Source: Patescibacteria group bacterium
Lineage (GTDB): Bacteria > Patescibacteriota > Patescibacteriia > UBA10025 > JAHIVO01
Direction: 5' to 3'
Assembly (NCBI GenBank): GCA_041650915.1
Contig: JBAZKE010000005.1
Span: 11,310 to 75,309 of the forward strand
DNA length: 64,000 nucleotides
Of the stretch, positions 45,553 to 54,635 are shown piece after piece; position 1 is the first letter of the stretch; the number at the start of each line of letters is the position of its first letter. Position numbers and translations under genes: made by a program. A model generated the notes under the pieces. It was not told where the DNA came from. It saw only the letters and a program-made list of their open reading frames with translations, and searched no databases.

Positions 45553-46131
45553 CTACTTGGTAAAAATTTTATCGGTAATGACGATCTTCTTGTTCTCAAG
45601 GATGTGGTACAGGAACTTATCGGTGAGGTCGTTGCGGTATTCAAACTCGCGCCTCGACATGACCGTGTACCGGATTTTCTTGTCAAAATCCCGCTGGAAC
45701 GAAGCGACGAGCCGCTTGAGCTTCGTGCGGTTCACCTTCCCGACGATGAGAATATCGGTCTGCGTATCGGTTACCCCCGTGAAGATGCCGCTGAGCGCCA
45801 GGAATGATATCTGGCCCATGCCCTTGATCTTGCCTGCAAGATTTTTTTCAACGGTGAGCTGGGACTTCAAAATGAGCGACTGGAGCTCGGGGAAGAGGAT
45901 AAACTCGCGGTCAACGCGGTAAAACTTTTTATGGCCGTCTTCGTGGGATATGATGAGGCCGATCTTCTCGAGGTTATCAAGCTCCCTCCGCACCGAATTG
46001 ATGCGCTCTTTAATCTTCCGCGTCAGCTCCCGAACAAAGTAGTCAGTCTTCGGATTTGTCAAAAAAATGCGAAGCAGTTTGACGCGCGTCCTTGAACCAA
46101 ATAATTGCTCAATCATAGCTGCATGAATCAT
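45553..46131 (-). CDS. Winged-helix transcriptional regulator with nucleotidyltransferase-like C-terminus
   Basis: LFGSRTRVKLL, VREL.R, NSVRREL..L, DILIVG. Confidence 0.7.
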   Translation of the reverse strand: MIHAAMIEQLFGSRTRVKLLRIFLTNPKTDYFVRELTRKIKERINSVRRELDNLEKIGLIISHEDGHKKFYRVDREFILFPELQSLILKSQLTVEKNLAGKIKGMGQISFLALSGIFTGVTDTQTDILIVGKVNRTKLKRLVASFQRDFDKKIRYTVMSRREFEYRNDLTDKFLYHILENKKIVITDKIFTK

Positions 46132-46199
46132 CTTTACTTATTGACGTACCTGTATTATAATATGGGCGTAAAAAACAAGCAAGAAATCAAATTACCGAC

Positions 46200-48473
46200 A
46201 TGCCCGCAGCGCGACTTACGTTCGACAAACTCCTCCTCTGCGATCCAAGCAAGAGCAGGTCGACAAGCAATGTATATACATCGCAACGCTCACATGCCGA
46301 AGAGCAAAGCCTCGGCAGGCTTTTTATACTCACAGAAATCAGCTCGCGCGATAACGTTAACATCGATATCATCAGCACGATCCAGACTGAGCTTGAGGCG
46401 AGCTACTTCGGCACCGACGATCTCAACGTAGAGACCGCCTTTGAGCGGGCGCTCGAACGTGCAAACCAGAAGGTGGCGGACCTCGTGGGCGATTACGAAA
46501 TCAATTGGCTCGACAAGTTCAACGCTCTCGTCGCGATCGTCAAAGACGACGTGCTGCACTTCAGCACGGTGGGCAAAGTGCATGCATTTATCATCCGAGG
46601 CGAAAAAATCACTGACATCCTCAATACGGCAGCGGTTGACGAGTCGCTGCAGGATAAAATCAACCCCCTCAAGGCATTCTCGAATATCATTTCCGGCAAC
46701 CTCCAGGAAAACGACACCGTCGCCTTCTGCACGACGTCGCTGCTCGATTATATTTCACAAGAAAAGCTCAAACGTACGCTCATTGACGCTACGGTATCGA
46801 ATGCTGTCGCCTCTCTCGACCGAATTCTGTCAGAAGACACGAGCACTGCATTTGCGGCGATTGTTATACGCCTCCAAGCAGCTTCAGTTGCAACGCCGGT
46901 TTACAGGACGGTCGCAGGCCCAGCAGCGCTCTCCCAGCCGACAGCCAGTGCGGTGCCGACAGCTCCGCAATCATCGCTCGACGATCTCATGTACAGGCAG
47001 TCGGAAACCAATAAAGTGCTCTCGCCATCACTGACACGCCACCTCATGGAAACGGCACGGCGCTCGGGCAGCAAGGTTGCTGATTTCATCAAGCTCAAGC
47101 TGTTCAAACAGTCTCCGAGGCGGGTTACTATGGACCGCGAGATGCGCTACCGGGCACCCGCTCCGGATAAGAAGGCCGTTCGCCAGAGCACGCTCGTGTC
47201 CATATTCGCCGCAATCTACCAGGGCATTGTCGCCGTGGTGGTTTTTATCGGCAGGGCGCTCACCTCCCTCTTTAAGCAGCGGAAAAAAATCGCTTCCGAC
47301 GTCAAGGCAGCGCCAAAAACCTTTACGCAGAAAGTGTCCTCGATGATAACCGGCATCAAGCGGCTTCCGAAAATGAGCAGATACCTCCTCGCACTCGTGC
47401 TCATCGTTGCGTTCGGCCTCGCACAGAGTATTTTCTCGCTCGCCCTCTCAAAAGAGGAGGCTGTTCAGAGCGTAGAGTATGACAGCAGCATCGCTACCGT
47501 ATCGGAAAATATTCTCAAGGCAGAGGCGGCCATATCCTATGGTAATGAATCCGGCGCGCGTGAGCTGCTTGATGAAGCGCAGTCAATCATCAATAGCCTG
47601 CCGTCGAAGACGGACGAGCAGGCGGCAAAAATTGCAGAGTTGCACAGCGACATCGCACTGCAGCTTGGGAAGCTGCGGCACGTCGTTTCCGTCGAGTCGC
47701 CCACCGTGCTCGCCACGTTCGATCAGGATGGCGTTGCGGCAGGCACTACCGAGCTGGCGATCGCGGGGCAGTCGCTTTACGCGCTTGATCCGGCGAAAAA
47801 GATACTGTACCGTGCGGATAAGGAGAGCGGTGAGGTTGCGGCGCTCGCTCACGACGAAGATAAAACATTCCAATACGTTATCGGCCAAACGCCGGCTTCG
47901 CTCCTCCTCTTCACGACAGCGAACGGACTGGCAGAATTCGATACGGAGAGTGAAGAATTCAGCAACCTCGCCTTCGACCTTACGACGGGAGACGTTAATA
48001 TTATCGGCATCGCACCCTATGAGGGGAGGCTTTACCTACTCGATATTAAAAACAACCAAGTGTACCGCTCATACCGATCGGGAAACGGCTACGGCACGCC
48101 AACCGAGTGGCTCAAAGACGACACGAACCTCCGTGAAACGAAATCAATTGCGATCGACGGATTTATCTATATCCTCCAAAAAAATGGCACGGTCGACCGC
48201 CTGTTCCAGGGCGCCCGGCAAGACTGGTCGCTCGATACGGTCGATCCGCAGCTGACCCAAGCGGATTCCATCGTGACCGACACCACGACCGATAACCTAT
48301 ACGTACTCGACATACAGGGCAAGCGAATCCTGGAGTTTGCGAAAGACGGGTCTTTCTTGAACCAGTACACCTCACCCGCCTTTGCCAACATCAAAGATTT
48401 TACGGTCGACTACGGCAGTAAAAAACTGTACGTCCTGAACGGGAATACGCTCTTCGCACTCGATCTGCAGTAA
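46200..48473 (+). CDS. Hypothetical membrane protein: PP2C-like N-terminal fold, TM, C-terminal beta-propeller
   Basis: ERALERAN, HF..VG.V.A..IRG; central TM; YLLD/AIDG.IY/YVLD blades. Confidence 0.6.
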   Translation: MPAARLTFDKLLLCDPSKSRSTSNVYTSQRSHAEEQSLGRLFILTEISSRDNVNIDIISTIQTELEASYFGTDDLNVETAFERALERANQKVADLVGDYEINWLDKFNALVAIVKDDVLHFSTVGKVHAFIIRGEKITDILNTAAVDESLQDKINPLKAFSNIISGNLQENDTVAFCTTSLLDYISQEKLKRTLIDATVSNAVASLDRILSEDTSTAFAAIVIRLQAASVATPVYRTVAGPAALSQPTASAVPTAPQSSLDDLMYRQSETNKVLSPSLTRHLMETARRSGSKVADFIKLKLFKQSPRRVTMDREMRYRAPAPDKKAVRQSTLVSIFAAIYQGIVAVVVFIGRALTSLFKQRKKIASDVKAAPKTFTQKVSSMITGIKRLPKMSRYLLALVLIVAFGLAQSIFSLALSKEEAVQSVEYDSSIATVSENILKAEAAISYGNESGARELLDEAQSIINSLPSKTDEQAAKIAELHSDIALQLGKLRHVVSVESPTVLATFDQDGVAAGTTELAIAGQSLYALDPAKKILYRADKESGEVAALAHDEDKTFQYVIGQTPASLLLFTTANGLAEFDTESEEFSNLAFDLTTGDVNIIGIAPYEGRLYLLDIKNNQVYRSYRSGNGYGTPTEWLKDDTNLRETKSIAIDGFIYILQKNGTVDRLFQGARQDWSLDTVDPQLTQADSIVTDTTTDNLYVLDIQGKRILEFAKDGSFLNQYTSPAFANIKDFTVDYGSKKLYVLNGNTLFALDLQ

Positions 48474-48490
48474 TACGCCCAATGTATATC

Positions 48491-48519
48491 AAAAGGCCCC
48501 GGCTGAGCGGGGCTTTTTT
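48491..48519. terminator. Bidirectional intrinsic terminator
   Basis: AAAAGGCCCC...GGGGCTTTTTT between convergent genes. Confidence 0.8.
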
Positions 48520-48543
48520 GATCGTAAAAAACGTGAAAAAATT

Positions 48544-48978
48544 TTACTTGAGAGCTACCTGTGCGCCAGCTGTTTCGAGCTTTTTCTTCAGCTCTTCCGC
48601 TTCCGCTTTGCCGACGCCTTCCTTGACGACCGCCGGTGCGGCATCAACGATTGCCTTCGAGTCGGAGAGGCCCTTTTGGGTAATCTCACGGACAACCTTA
48701 ATTACTGCGATCTTGTTCGAGCCTGCCGCGGTGAGCTCAACGTTGAACGTTGACTGCTCCTCTGCTCCTTCTCCGTCTCCGCCTGCCGGCGCTGCGCCTG
48801 CCGATACGGCGATCGGAGCCTGCGCCGATACGCCAAACTTTTGTTCGAGTACCTTGACGAGCTCTGCGAGCTCCATCACGGAGAGCTTCTCGATCTTCTC
48901 TACCAGGTCCTTGAACTTTTCCGGGACCTCGATAGGCTTCTCCTCTTTCTTTTCTGCCTGCTGTTGTTCGTCTGCCAT
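48544..48978 (-). CDS. rplL: 50S ribosomal protein L7/L12
   Basis: [43 protein letters not shown]. Confidence 0.98.
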   Translation of the reverse strand: MADEQQQAEKKEEKPIEVPEKFKDLVEKIEKLSVMELAELVKVLEQKFGVSAQAPIAVSAGAAPAGGDGEGAEEQSTFNVELTAAGSNKIAVIKVVREITQKGLSDSKAIVDAAPAVVKEGVGKAEAEELKKKLETAGAQVALK

Positions 48979-49020
48979 TGTATTGTTCCTTTCGTATCGT
49001 TATTGGTCAATTATTTTTTC

Positions 49021-49545
49021 TTATGCTTTCTTGTCGCCGATCGCCTTAAGCGCGTAGACAAAATTACGCATCGTGCCAGCGAGCACATTCACGAAACCGG
49101 CAGCCGGATACTGTATGAGCCAAACGAGTTTCGCCGTAAGTTCTTCCCGCGAGGGCAGCTTGGCGAGGGACGCGACTTCAGCTGCTCCGATAAACCGTCC
49201 GTTAAAGATCCCGCCGACAAGCTTGAGCGCCGGATGCTTCTTGGCGAACGTATGGAGAGTTTTTGCTGGCAGCACCTCATCTCCGTAACCGAGCGCAACC
49301 GCAATGCCTCCCTTGAGTGAATCGATCTCGGAATGTGCGAGGTCGAGGCTCTTACTCGCGATCTTGAACAGGGACCGCTTTATGACCGAGTAGTCGATAC
49401 CGGCATCCCGCAGCATGGTACGGAGCTCGTCGGTTTCCGACACGCTGAGCCCGTCAAAGTTCGTAAAGACGACCGACTTCATTTTTGAAAGCCGCTCCTC
49501 CATCTGGGATACTGCCTGCTCTTTTTGCTTCTTGGTCTTTGCCAT
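49021..49545 (-). CDS. rplJ: 50S ribosomal protein L10
   Basis: MAKTK.QK, GL.V, LR..LR, V.KRSL, LAKLPSREEL; ATG at 49545. Confidence 0.96.
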   Translation of the reverse strand: MAKTKKQKEQAVSQMEERLSKMKSVVFTNFDGLSVSETDELRTMLRDAGIDYSVIKRSLFKIASKSLDLAHSEIDSLKGGIAVALGYGDEVLPAKTLHTFAKKHPALKLVGGIFNGRFIGAAEVASLAKLPSREELTAKLVWLIQYPAAGFVNVLAGTMRNFVYALKAIGDKKA

Positions 49546-49555
49546 AGTCGTAGTG

Positions 49556-49705
49556 AATAAAAAATCTGTGGAAAGCCACAGACAGTCTTTTCGGTACGGC
49601 AGTGAATCCCCCAACACTCACGACTCGTACCTCCTGCGCCTCGGTAGGATATTGAGCCTGGCCTGGATACTGTCCAGATCCCCGGCACCTACGGTCTGTG
49701 GCTAC
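49556..49705 (-). promoter_or_regulatory. L10 ribosomal protein leader with terminator
   Basis: Minus strand GCCACAGACCGTAGG...CCTACCGAGG, then TCTGTGG-CTTT-CCACAGA plus T run before rplJ. Confidence 0.8.
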
Positions 49706-49747
49706 TATTTAATTGGTATAGCCAGTATAGCAGGCTTTTTTAGCCTG

Positions 49748-50431
49748 TCAAGCGATTACCGTCCCGCGGAACTTTTTCCCGGTAATGACGCTGCCCAGAT
49801 TCTTGAGATCGGTTCCCCTGCACACAACGACTCTCAATCCGAGCTTCCGGGCGAGTTTTGACGCTTCCGGATCGAACGGGACATGCGCACCCGGCCTCCA
49901 GGTACTGCCGGTGAGCTTGAGGAGCCCGCCCCAGCTCATCCGCTTGATCGGTTTCGCCGTGCTGCTCTTCCGCGGGTCCGCGGTATACACGTACGGGATA
50001 TTGCTCATGTTGATGACGGTTTTTGCCTGATAAACCTTGGCAAGCATGACGGCATCTTTATCCGATGAGTGGCCTGGCCGCCACCCGCTGCCGACAATAA
50101 TGCGTTTCGCTGTCGCCACCCGGCGCATCGGATTGCCGAGTACCCCGCCGTACGCGTGCGGCCCGAATACGGAACGTACGAGCTCCGCATTGAGCCGCGT
50201 GGCCGCGATGCCGATCCAATCCAAATCCGCAGCCGATACGTGCGAAACGGCACTGGCTCCGTGCTGGTAGTGGCGGCAGATATCCCCTCCCCCGGTAACG
50301 ATGACAAACCGGTGCCCAGCCCGGACATACCTGAGCACGAGGCTGCGGAACTTTTTCAAATACGCGGTATTGATCCGGTCAGGGATAATGATCGAGCCGC
50401 CAAGCGATAGGATGATCGTTTTTCGTCGCAT
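49748..50431 (-). CDS. pyrH: UMP kinase (archaeal-type)
   Basis: LSLGGS, VTGGG, DWIGIAATRLNA, PGHSSD, VYTADP, PFDP. Confidence 0.93.
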   Translation of the reverse strand: MRRKTIILSLGGSIIIPDRINTAYLKKFRSLVLRYVRAGHRFVIVTGGGDICRHYQHGASAVSHVSAADLDWIGIAATRLNAELVRSVFGPHAYGGVLGNPMRRVATAKRIIVGSGWRPGHSSDKDAVMLAKVYQAKTVINMSNIPYVYTADPRKSSTAKPIKRMSWGGLLKLTGSTWRPGAHVPFDPEASKLARKLGLRVVVCRGTDLKNLGSVITGKKFRGTVIA

Positions 50432-51456
50432 TACTGTAGGTACCGCTGTTTATTCTCGAGGTGCTGCTCGTACGTTGTGCTAAACACGGTTTCCCCGTCC
50501 GGCTTCGTGAGGAAGTAAAAGTAGTCCGATTTCTGCGGATAGATTGCCGCCAGTATCGCCGACAGTGACGGATTGCAGATCGGGCCGGGCGGCAAGCCAG
50601 CATACCGGTATGTATTGTAGGGATTATCAATCTCCGTCTCTGCAATTGTCGGCTGCAGCGCCTGGTTGCCGGTTACGTAGTTGACGGTAGCGTCAGACTG
50701 CAGCGCAACGCCTGCATCGAGGCGCTCGTAAAAAATTCCGGCAGCGATTTTCCGATCCTGGTCCGTACGGACTTCTTTCTCGATAATGGAAGCGAGCGTA
50801 ACAATATTGTAGACGCTCATGTTTCCAGCCGCGGCGTCCGCCACCATCTTATCGGTAAACCGTACGCTGAAGTTATCGAGCATCCGCTCTATGATATCCG
50901 CCGTATTTGCATTCTCAAAAATGCGGTATGTGTCGGGAAACAGGTAGCCCTCCAGGCTCTTACCGGTAGGTATCTCTTCGAGGAAATCGTACGCTGCCCC
51001 GGGGATGATCGTGCTGACATCATTCGTGCTGACTGCTGATATAAAATCACTCGTGTCCGCGATTCCCTGATTTTGAAGGTAGTCCGCAATTTCCGCGTTG
51101 GTCCACCCCTCAATAATCGTTATTTGGCGTTCGGGAGCTCCCTGCCCGGTGGTCAGGACTTCCACGATATCACCCGCATCCATGCTGGGCTTGAGGAAGA
51201 AGCTGCCAACGGCGAATTTCGTTTCCGAGCCGTCAAAAAAAACGTACGCTTCAAACCAGTACGTGCTGCGGATCAATCCGGCGTCATGCAGGTTCTGCGC
51301 GATCTCCTTGACTCCCTCACCCTCAGCGACAACAAAGAGCGCCTCCTCATTCGAAGACGAAACCGGCAAGCTGGTCTGGGTCCAGTACATCAGGCCGGCG
51401 ATGACGCCGATGCCGGCGGCCGTGAGGACGATAGTGAGGAATGCCTTACGCAACAT
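50431..51456 (-). CDS. mltG: Endolytic transglycosylase MltG
   Basis: TIIEG, LEGYLFPDTY, LASIIEKE, LQSDAT, PYNTY..GLPPGPI.NP. Confidence 0.96.
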   Translation of the reverse strand: MLRKAFLTIVLTAAGIGVIAGLMYWTQTSLPVSSSNEEALFVVAEGEGVKEIAQNLHDAGLIRSTYWFEAYVFFDGSETKFAVGSFFLKPSMDAGDIVEVLTTGQGAPERQITIIEGWTNAEIADYLQNQGIADTSDFISAVSTNDVSTIIPGAAYDFLEEIPTGKSLEGYLFPDTYRIFENANTADIIERMLDNFSVRFTDKMVADAAAGNMSVYNIVTLASIIEKEVRTDQDRKIAAGIFYERLDAGVALQSDATVNYVTGNQALQPTIAETEIDNPYNTYRYAGLPPGPICNPSLSAILAAIYPQKSDYFYFLTKPDGETVFSTTYEQHLENKQRYLQ

Positions 51457-51466
51457 AGCGAAAACG

Positions 51467-52543
51467 TTAGAGGTACTTAGTCATGCTTTTTTTCTTGAGC
51501 TGCTCAACGATCTTCTTCACGTCCTGCGCCCGGTCGCGCGAGCAGACGAGCAAGCAGTCTTCGGTATCGATGATGATCATGTCGTTGACGTCAACCGTTG
51601 CGATGAGCTTGCCCGTATAGCTATACACCAGATTGTTGGTGGAGTCAACGGTCAGGTGCTTGCCCCGCACGACGTTTGCACCAGCCTTCGTGGCGAGAAT
51701 ATCCTTCACCGCCCGCCAGTGCCCGACATCAGCCCACCCGAAGCTCGCCGGGATGACGAGCAGCTTGAGCGTCCGCTCCATAATGCCGTAGTCTATCGAA
51801 ATGGGCTTGAGCTTCTTGAATTCCCGCTCGACGGCTTTCCGCTCCTGCTTCGTTCCGAGTGCTGGCTGCAGCTTCATGAGAATCCGGTAGTGGTTAGGCA
51901 GGTGCCTCTTGAACATGCTGAGCAGGTAGTCAACGCGCCAGCAGAACATGTTCGTGTTCCACAGGTAATCCCAGCTGCGGGCGTACGCCTGTGCCGTCTT
52001 GAGGTCCGGTTTCTCGATAAACCGCAAGCCGTAAAAAATCTCGTCACTGCCGGCCTGCTGAAAGAGCTTATTGATCTTCACGTATCCGTATCCCGTCTCC
52101 GGATAACCCGGCCGCACGCCGACGAGGAGCGAGTACGCCGGGTTGTTCTTCACCGTTCGCTCGGCGAGCCGGAGCAGGCGGATGTACTCCCGCTCGTTCC
52201 TGACGTAGTGGTCGGAACCGACCGTCATCATGATTTCTTGGGGATTGCCTTTCGCGATATACGCAGCGGCGAGCCCGATCGCAGCCGCCGTATCGCGCTT
52301 CGCTGTCTCGAGAATGCAGTTCTCCCGCCTGAAACGCGGAAGCTGCTTTTGAATGGCAGGATAGGATTTATAGTTTGTCGAAATGAATATATCCTTCGTC
52401 GCAAATCCCCTCCGCTGCCGCTCGTACGTTTTCTGCAGCAATGTCTTGCTCCCGATAAAGGGTTGCATCTGCTTTGGATTGCGCTTGCGGGAGACCGGCC
52501 AGAGCCGCGTACCACCGCCACCCGCTAAAATTACAATCTTCAT
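51467..52543 (-). CDS. manC: Mannose-1-phosphate guanylyltransferase
   Basis: ILAGG.GTRLWP.SR...PKQ, SDH, ETGYGY, F.EKP, SIDYGIME, W.DVG. Confidence 0.9.
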   Translation of the reverse strand: MKIVILAGGGGTRLWPVSRKRNPKQMQPFIGSKTLLQKTYERQRRGFATKDIFISTNYKSYPAIQKQLPRFRRENCILETAKRDTAAAIGLAAAYIAKGNPQEIMMTVGSDHYVRNEREYIRLLRLAERTVKNNPAYSLLVGVRPGYPETGYGYVKINKLFQQAGSDEIFYGLRFIEKPDLKTAQAYARSWDYLWNTNMFCWRVDYLLSMFKRHLPNHYRILMKLQPALGTKQERKAVEREFKKLKPISIDYGIMERTLKLLVIPASFGWADVGHWRAVKDILATKAGANVVRGKHLTVDSTNNLVYSYTGKLIATVDVNDMIIIDTEDCLLVCSRDRAQDVKKIVEQLKKKSMTKYL

Positions 52544-52603
52544 ATATATGGGTTTACTGCATTCTCAAATCACTTTAGCCCGCCCGCGCTCCACGACTCA
52601 TTC

Positions 52604-53236
52604 CTATTCCCCCCACTCTTTCGGCACGAGCGGAACGAACTGGAAGCCCGGGTGCCGCTCTTCACGGTAATCCGTGCCGGTTACTTTGTCGATTACGACC
52701 ATATCCTGCTCGTACTTCCCGACAGGAATGACGAGCCGCCCGCCCTGCTTGAGCTGCTTGAGGTAGATATCGGGCACGCCGATCTCGGCGGCGGCCGCAA
52801 CAATTATCTTATCGAAGGGAGCGCGCTTTGTATAACCTTTCGTGCCGTCACCGGTGACGAACTCAACGTTGTTATAGCCGTATGCCTCCACGTTTTTCTT
52901 GCCGTACGTGAGGAGGTCCGGCACGCGTTCGATAGCGATGACCTTTCCACGAGCACCGACGAGCTCGGCAATGAGCGCCGTTTGCCATCCGGAGCCAGAA
53001 CCGACATCAAATATTTTTTCACCGGCCTTCGGCTGCAAGAGCTCGAGCATGAACGCAACCGTGAGGGGCTGCGAGATCGTCTGGCCGTGAGTGAGCGGAA
53101 GCGGGATATTGAGTGATGCATCTTCTTTGAGATGGTCAGGCAAAAAATCTTTGCGCTTCACCTTCCGGAACGCCTCGATGATTCGGGGGGTCTTGAGATA
53201 CCCCTCCTCGATTAAATCCCTGATCAGATCCTCCAT
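52604..53236 (-). CDS. pcm: Protein-L-isoaspartate O-methyltransferase
   Basis: GQTISQP, DVGSGSGWQTA, GDG..G, APFD.I.V.AA, QL..GGRLVIPVG, FVPL. Confidence 0.96.
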   Translation of the reverse strand: MEDLIRDLIEEGYLKTPRIIEAFRKVKRKDFLPDHLKEDASLNIPLPLTHGQTISQPLTVAFMLELLQPKAGEKIFDVGSGSGWQTALIAELVGARGKVIAIERVPDLLTYGKKNVEAYGYNNVEFVTGDGTKGYTKRAPFDKIIVAAAAEIGVPDIYLKQLKQGGRLVIPVGKYEQDMVVIDKVTGTDYREERHPGFQFVPLVPKEWGE

Positions 53237-53299
53237 ATTGATTTTCGCTTCGAACTATGCTATAATGGAAGTACAAAAATAAAAAACAAAAGTAAAATA

Positions 53300-54067
53300 A
53301 TGGGCCCGAGAACCACTTCACTGCAAAAGTGTATGGCAGGCATTGTACTGTGCCTCTTCTTTGTCGTGCCGCTCAGCGCATCTTCCCAAACCGTCGACGA
53401 GCACCTCATCCGAGAAATAATCAACCGGCAGCGCGCTGAAAAAAATCTGCAGCCGCTAGGAAGCAATGCTGCGCTCGGCGCCGCAGCCCTCCTGAAAGCC
53501 GAAGACATGCAAGCCAAAAGCTACTTCGCGCACGAAAGCCCGGACGGCCGCATGCCATGGGATTTTATCGACCCGATTGCGTACCCGTACGAGTACGCCG
53601 GTGAAAACCTCGCACTCGACTACGACGATCCCGCCGAAGTCGTTGCGGCCTGGCTCGAGAGCCCTACGCACCGCGACAACGTGCTCAATCCCAACTTCAG
53701 CCATCTCGGACTCGCCACATCGACTGTTGACGGCAAAACGGCGATCGTCCTGCTGCTCGGCAGTGCGCCCGTTGCCGACGGTCACGCTGATGGCAGCAAC
53801 ACCGCACAAACGGACGCGATATCAAATAGTCAAGGAACAAATACCCCTGTACTGAGCATACCCATTATATCAGATAACGCTACTCCCGAAAAACGCGCGG
53901 TAGCTGGCCGATATTACGCCGGGAATGAGCCTGAAATCGGTTCACGAACCCATCAAAAAACCAGTCTCCCCTACATCCTGTTTACGGCCTATACAGTATG
54001 GCTCGCGGGAGTCTGTCTTGCCATTAAGAACGAACAATATGAGCTGCCCAAACCTGTGAAAAAGTAG
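53300..54067 (+). CDS. CAP (SCP) domain membrane-anchored protein
   Basis: IN..R, KAEDM..YFAH.SPDG, AGENLA, W..SP.HR.N.L. Confidence 0.9.
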   Translation: MGPRTTSLQKCMAGIVLCLFFVVPLSASSQTVDEHLIREIINRQRAEKNLQPLGSNAALGAAALLKAEDMQAKSYFAHESPDGRMPWDFIDPIAYPYEYAGENLALDYDDPAEVVAAWLESPTHRDNVLNPNFSHLGLATSTVDGKTAIVLLLGSAPVADGHADGSNTAQTDAISNSQGTNTPVLSIPIISDNATPEKRAVAGRYYAGNEPEIGSRTHQKTSLPYILFTAYTVWLAGVCLAIKNEQYELPKPVKK

Positions 54068-54157
54068 GTATTTCTGTAGTTTTAGTTATCCACAATAGAA
54101 TAGTAGAGCGCTAATCAATGGGGTATTTTTACGGTAATGCCCTTTTTTAAGATTACA

Positions 54158-54237
54158 TTGACAAAAGGTATGGATATTCTAAGATATATTAACGGCTAAA
54201 ACCAGCCCTTGACAAACAATTCAGGATGTACTAACAT
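54158..54237 (+). promoter_or_regulatory. Tandem sigma70-like promoters
   Basis: TTGACA-N16-TAAGAT (54158-54185) and TTGACA-N17-TAACAT (54209-54237). Confidence 0.6.
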
Positions 54238-54635
54238 AGACTATTAAAATCGTTCATTCGGATAGAGCAAAACCTTGGAGGGATGCACATTCTACATGAG
54301 CTTTAGGAGGAGCTAAAAAAAGACCAACACCAGGCTATAAAGCCTAAAAAACAAACTTTTTCACTCAAACGATTCGCAGAAAACCTTTAATTCGCAATTT
54401 TATTGCGAAAAGTTTATAACTTGGTGTTGGTTTTTTGTTTGCTTAGCTAAATTTACGAGCCGAAGTAAAAACCCAATCAATAATAAAATCGGCGATGGAA
54501 ATTCGGCTAAACAAACAATCTGACGCAAAGCGTCATCCTGAGCTGCCCGATGCACCAAAGGACCTCCTAACGACCAAATTAAAAATCTTACATATATTTA
54601 ATCAAGCTAACAACGATTAACAATAATTAAACGAA

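Noticed and set aside
51098-52528. Long plus-strand ORFs antisense to real genes (also 38129-39298, 11968-13017, 1722-2555)
   Set aside because: Shadow frames of well-supported genes in GC-rich DNA; no recognisable motifs
31200-54095. DnaA-box-like TTATCCACA sequences (e.g. ~41507, ~54086) as a replication origin
   Set aside because: Isolated, unclustered copies; no dnaA/dnaN context
54500-54556. c-di-GMP-I riboswitch (GACGCAAAGC motif)
   Set aside because: No GNRA-capped P2 or tetraloop receptor; the motif is explained by the simple hairpin TGACGC-AAA-GCGTCA
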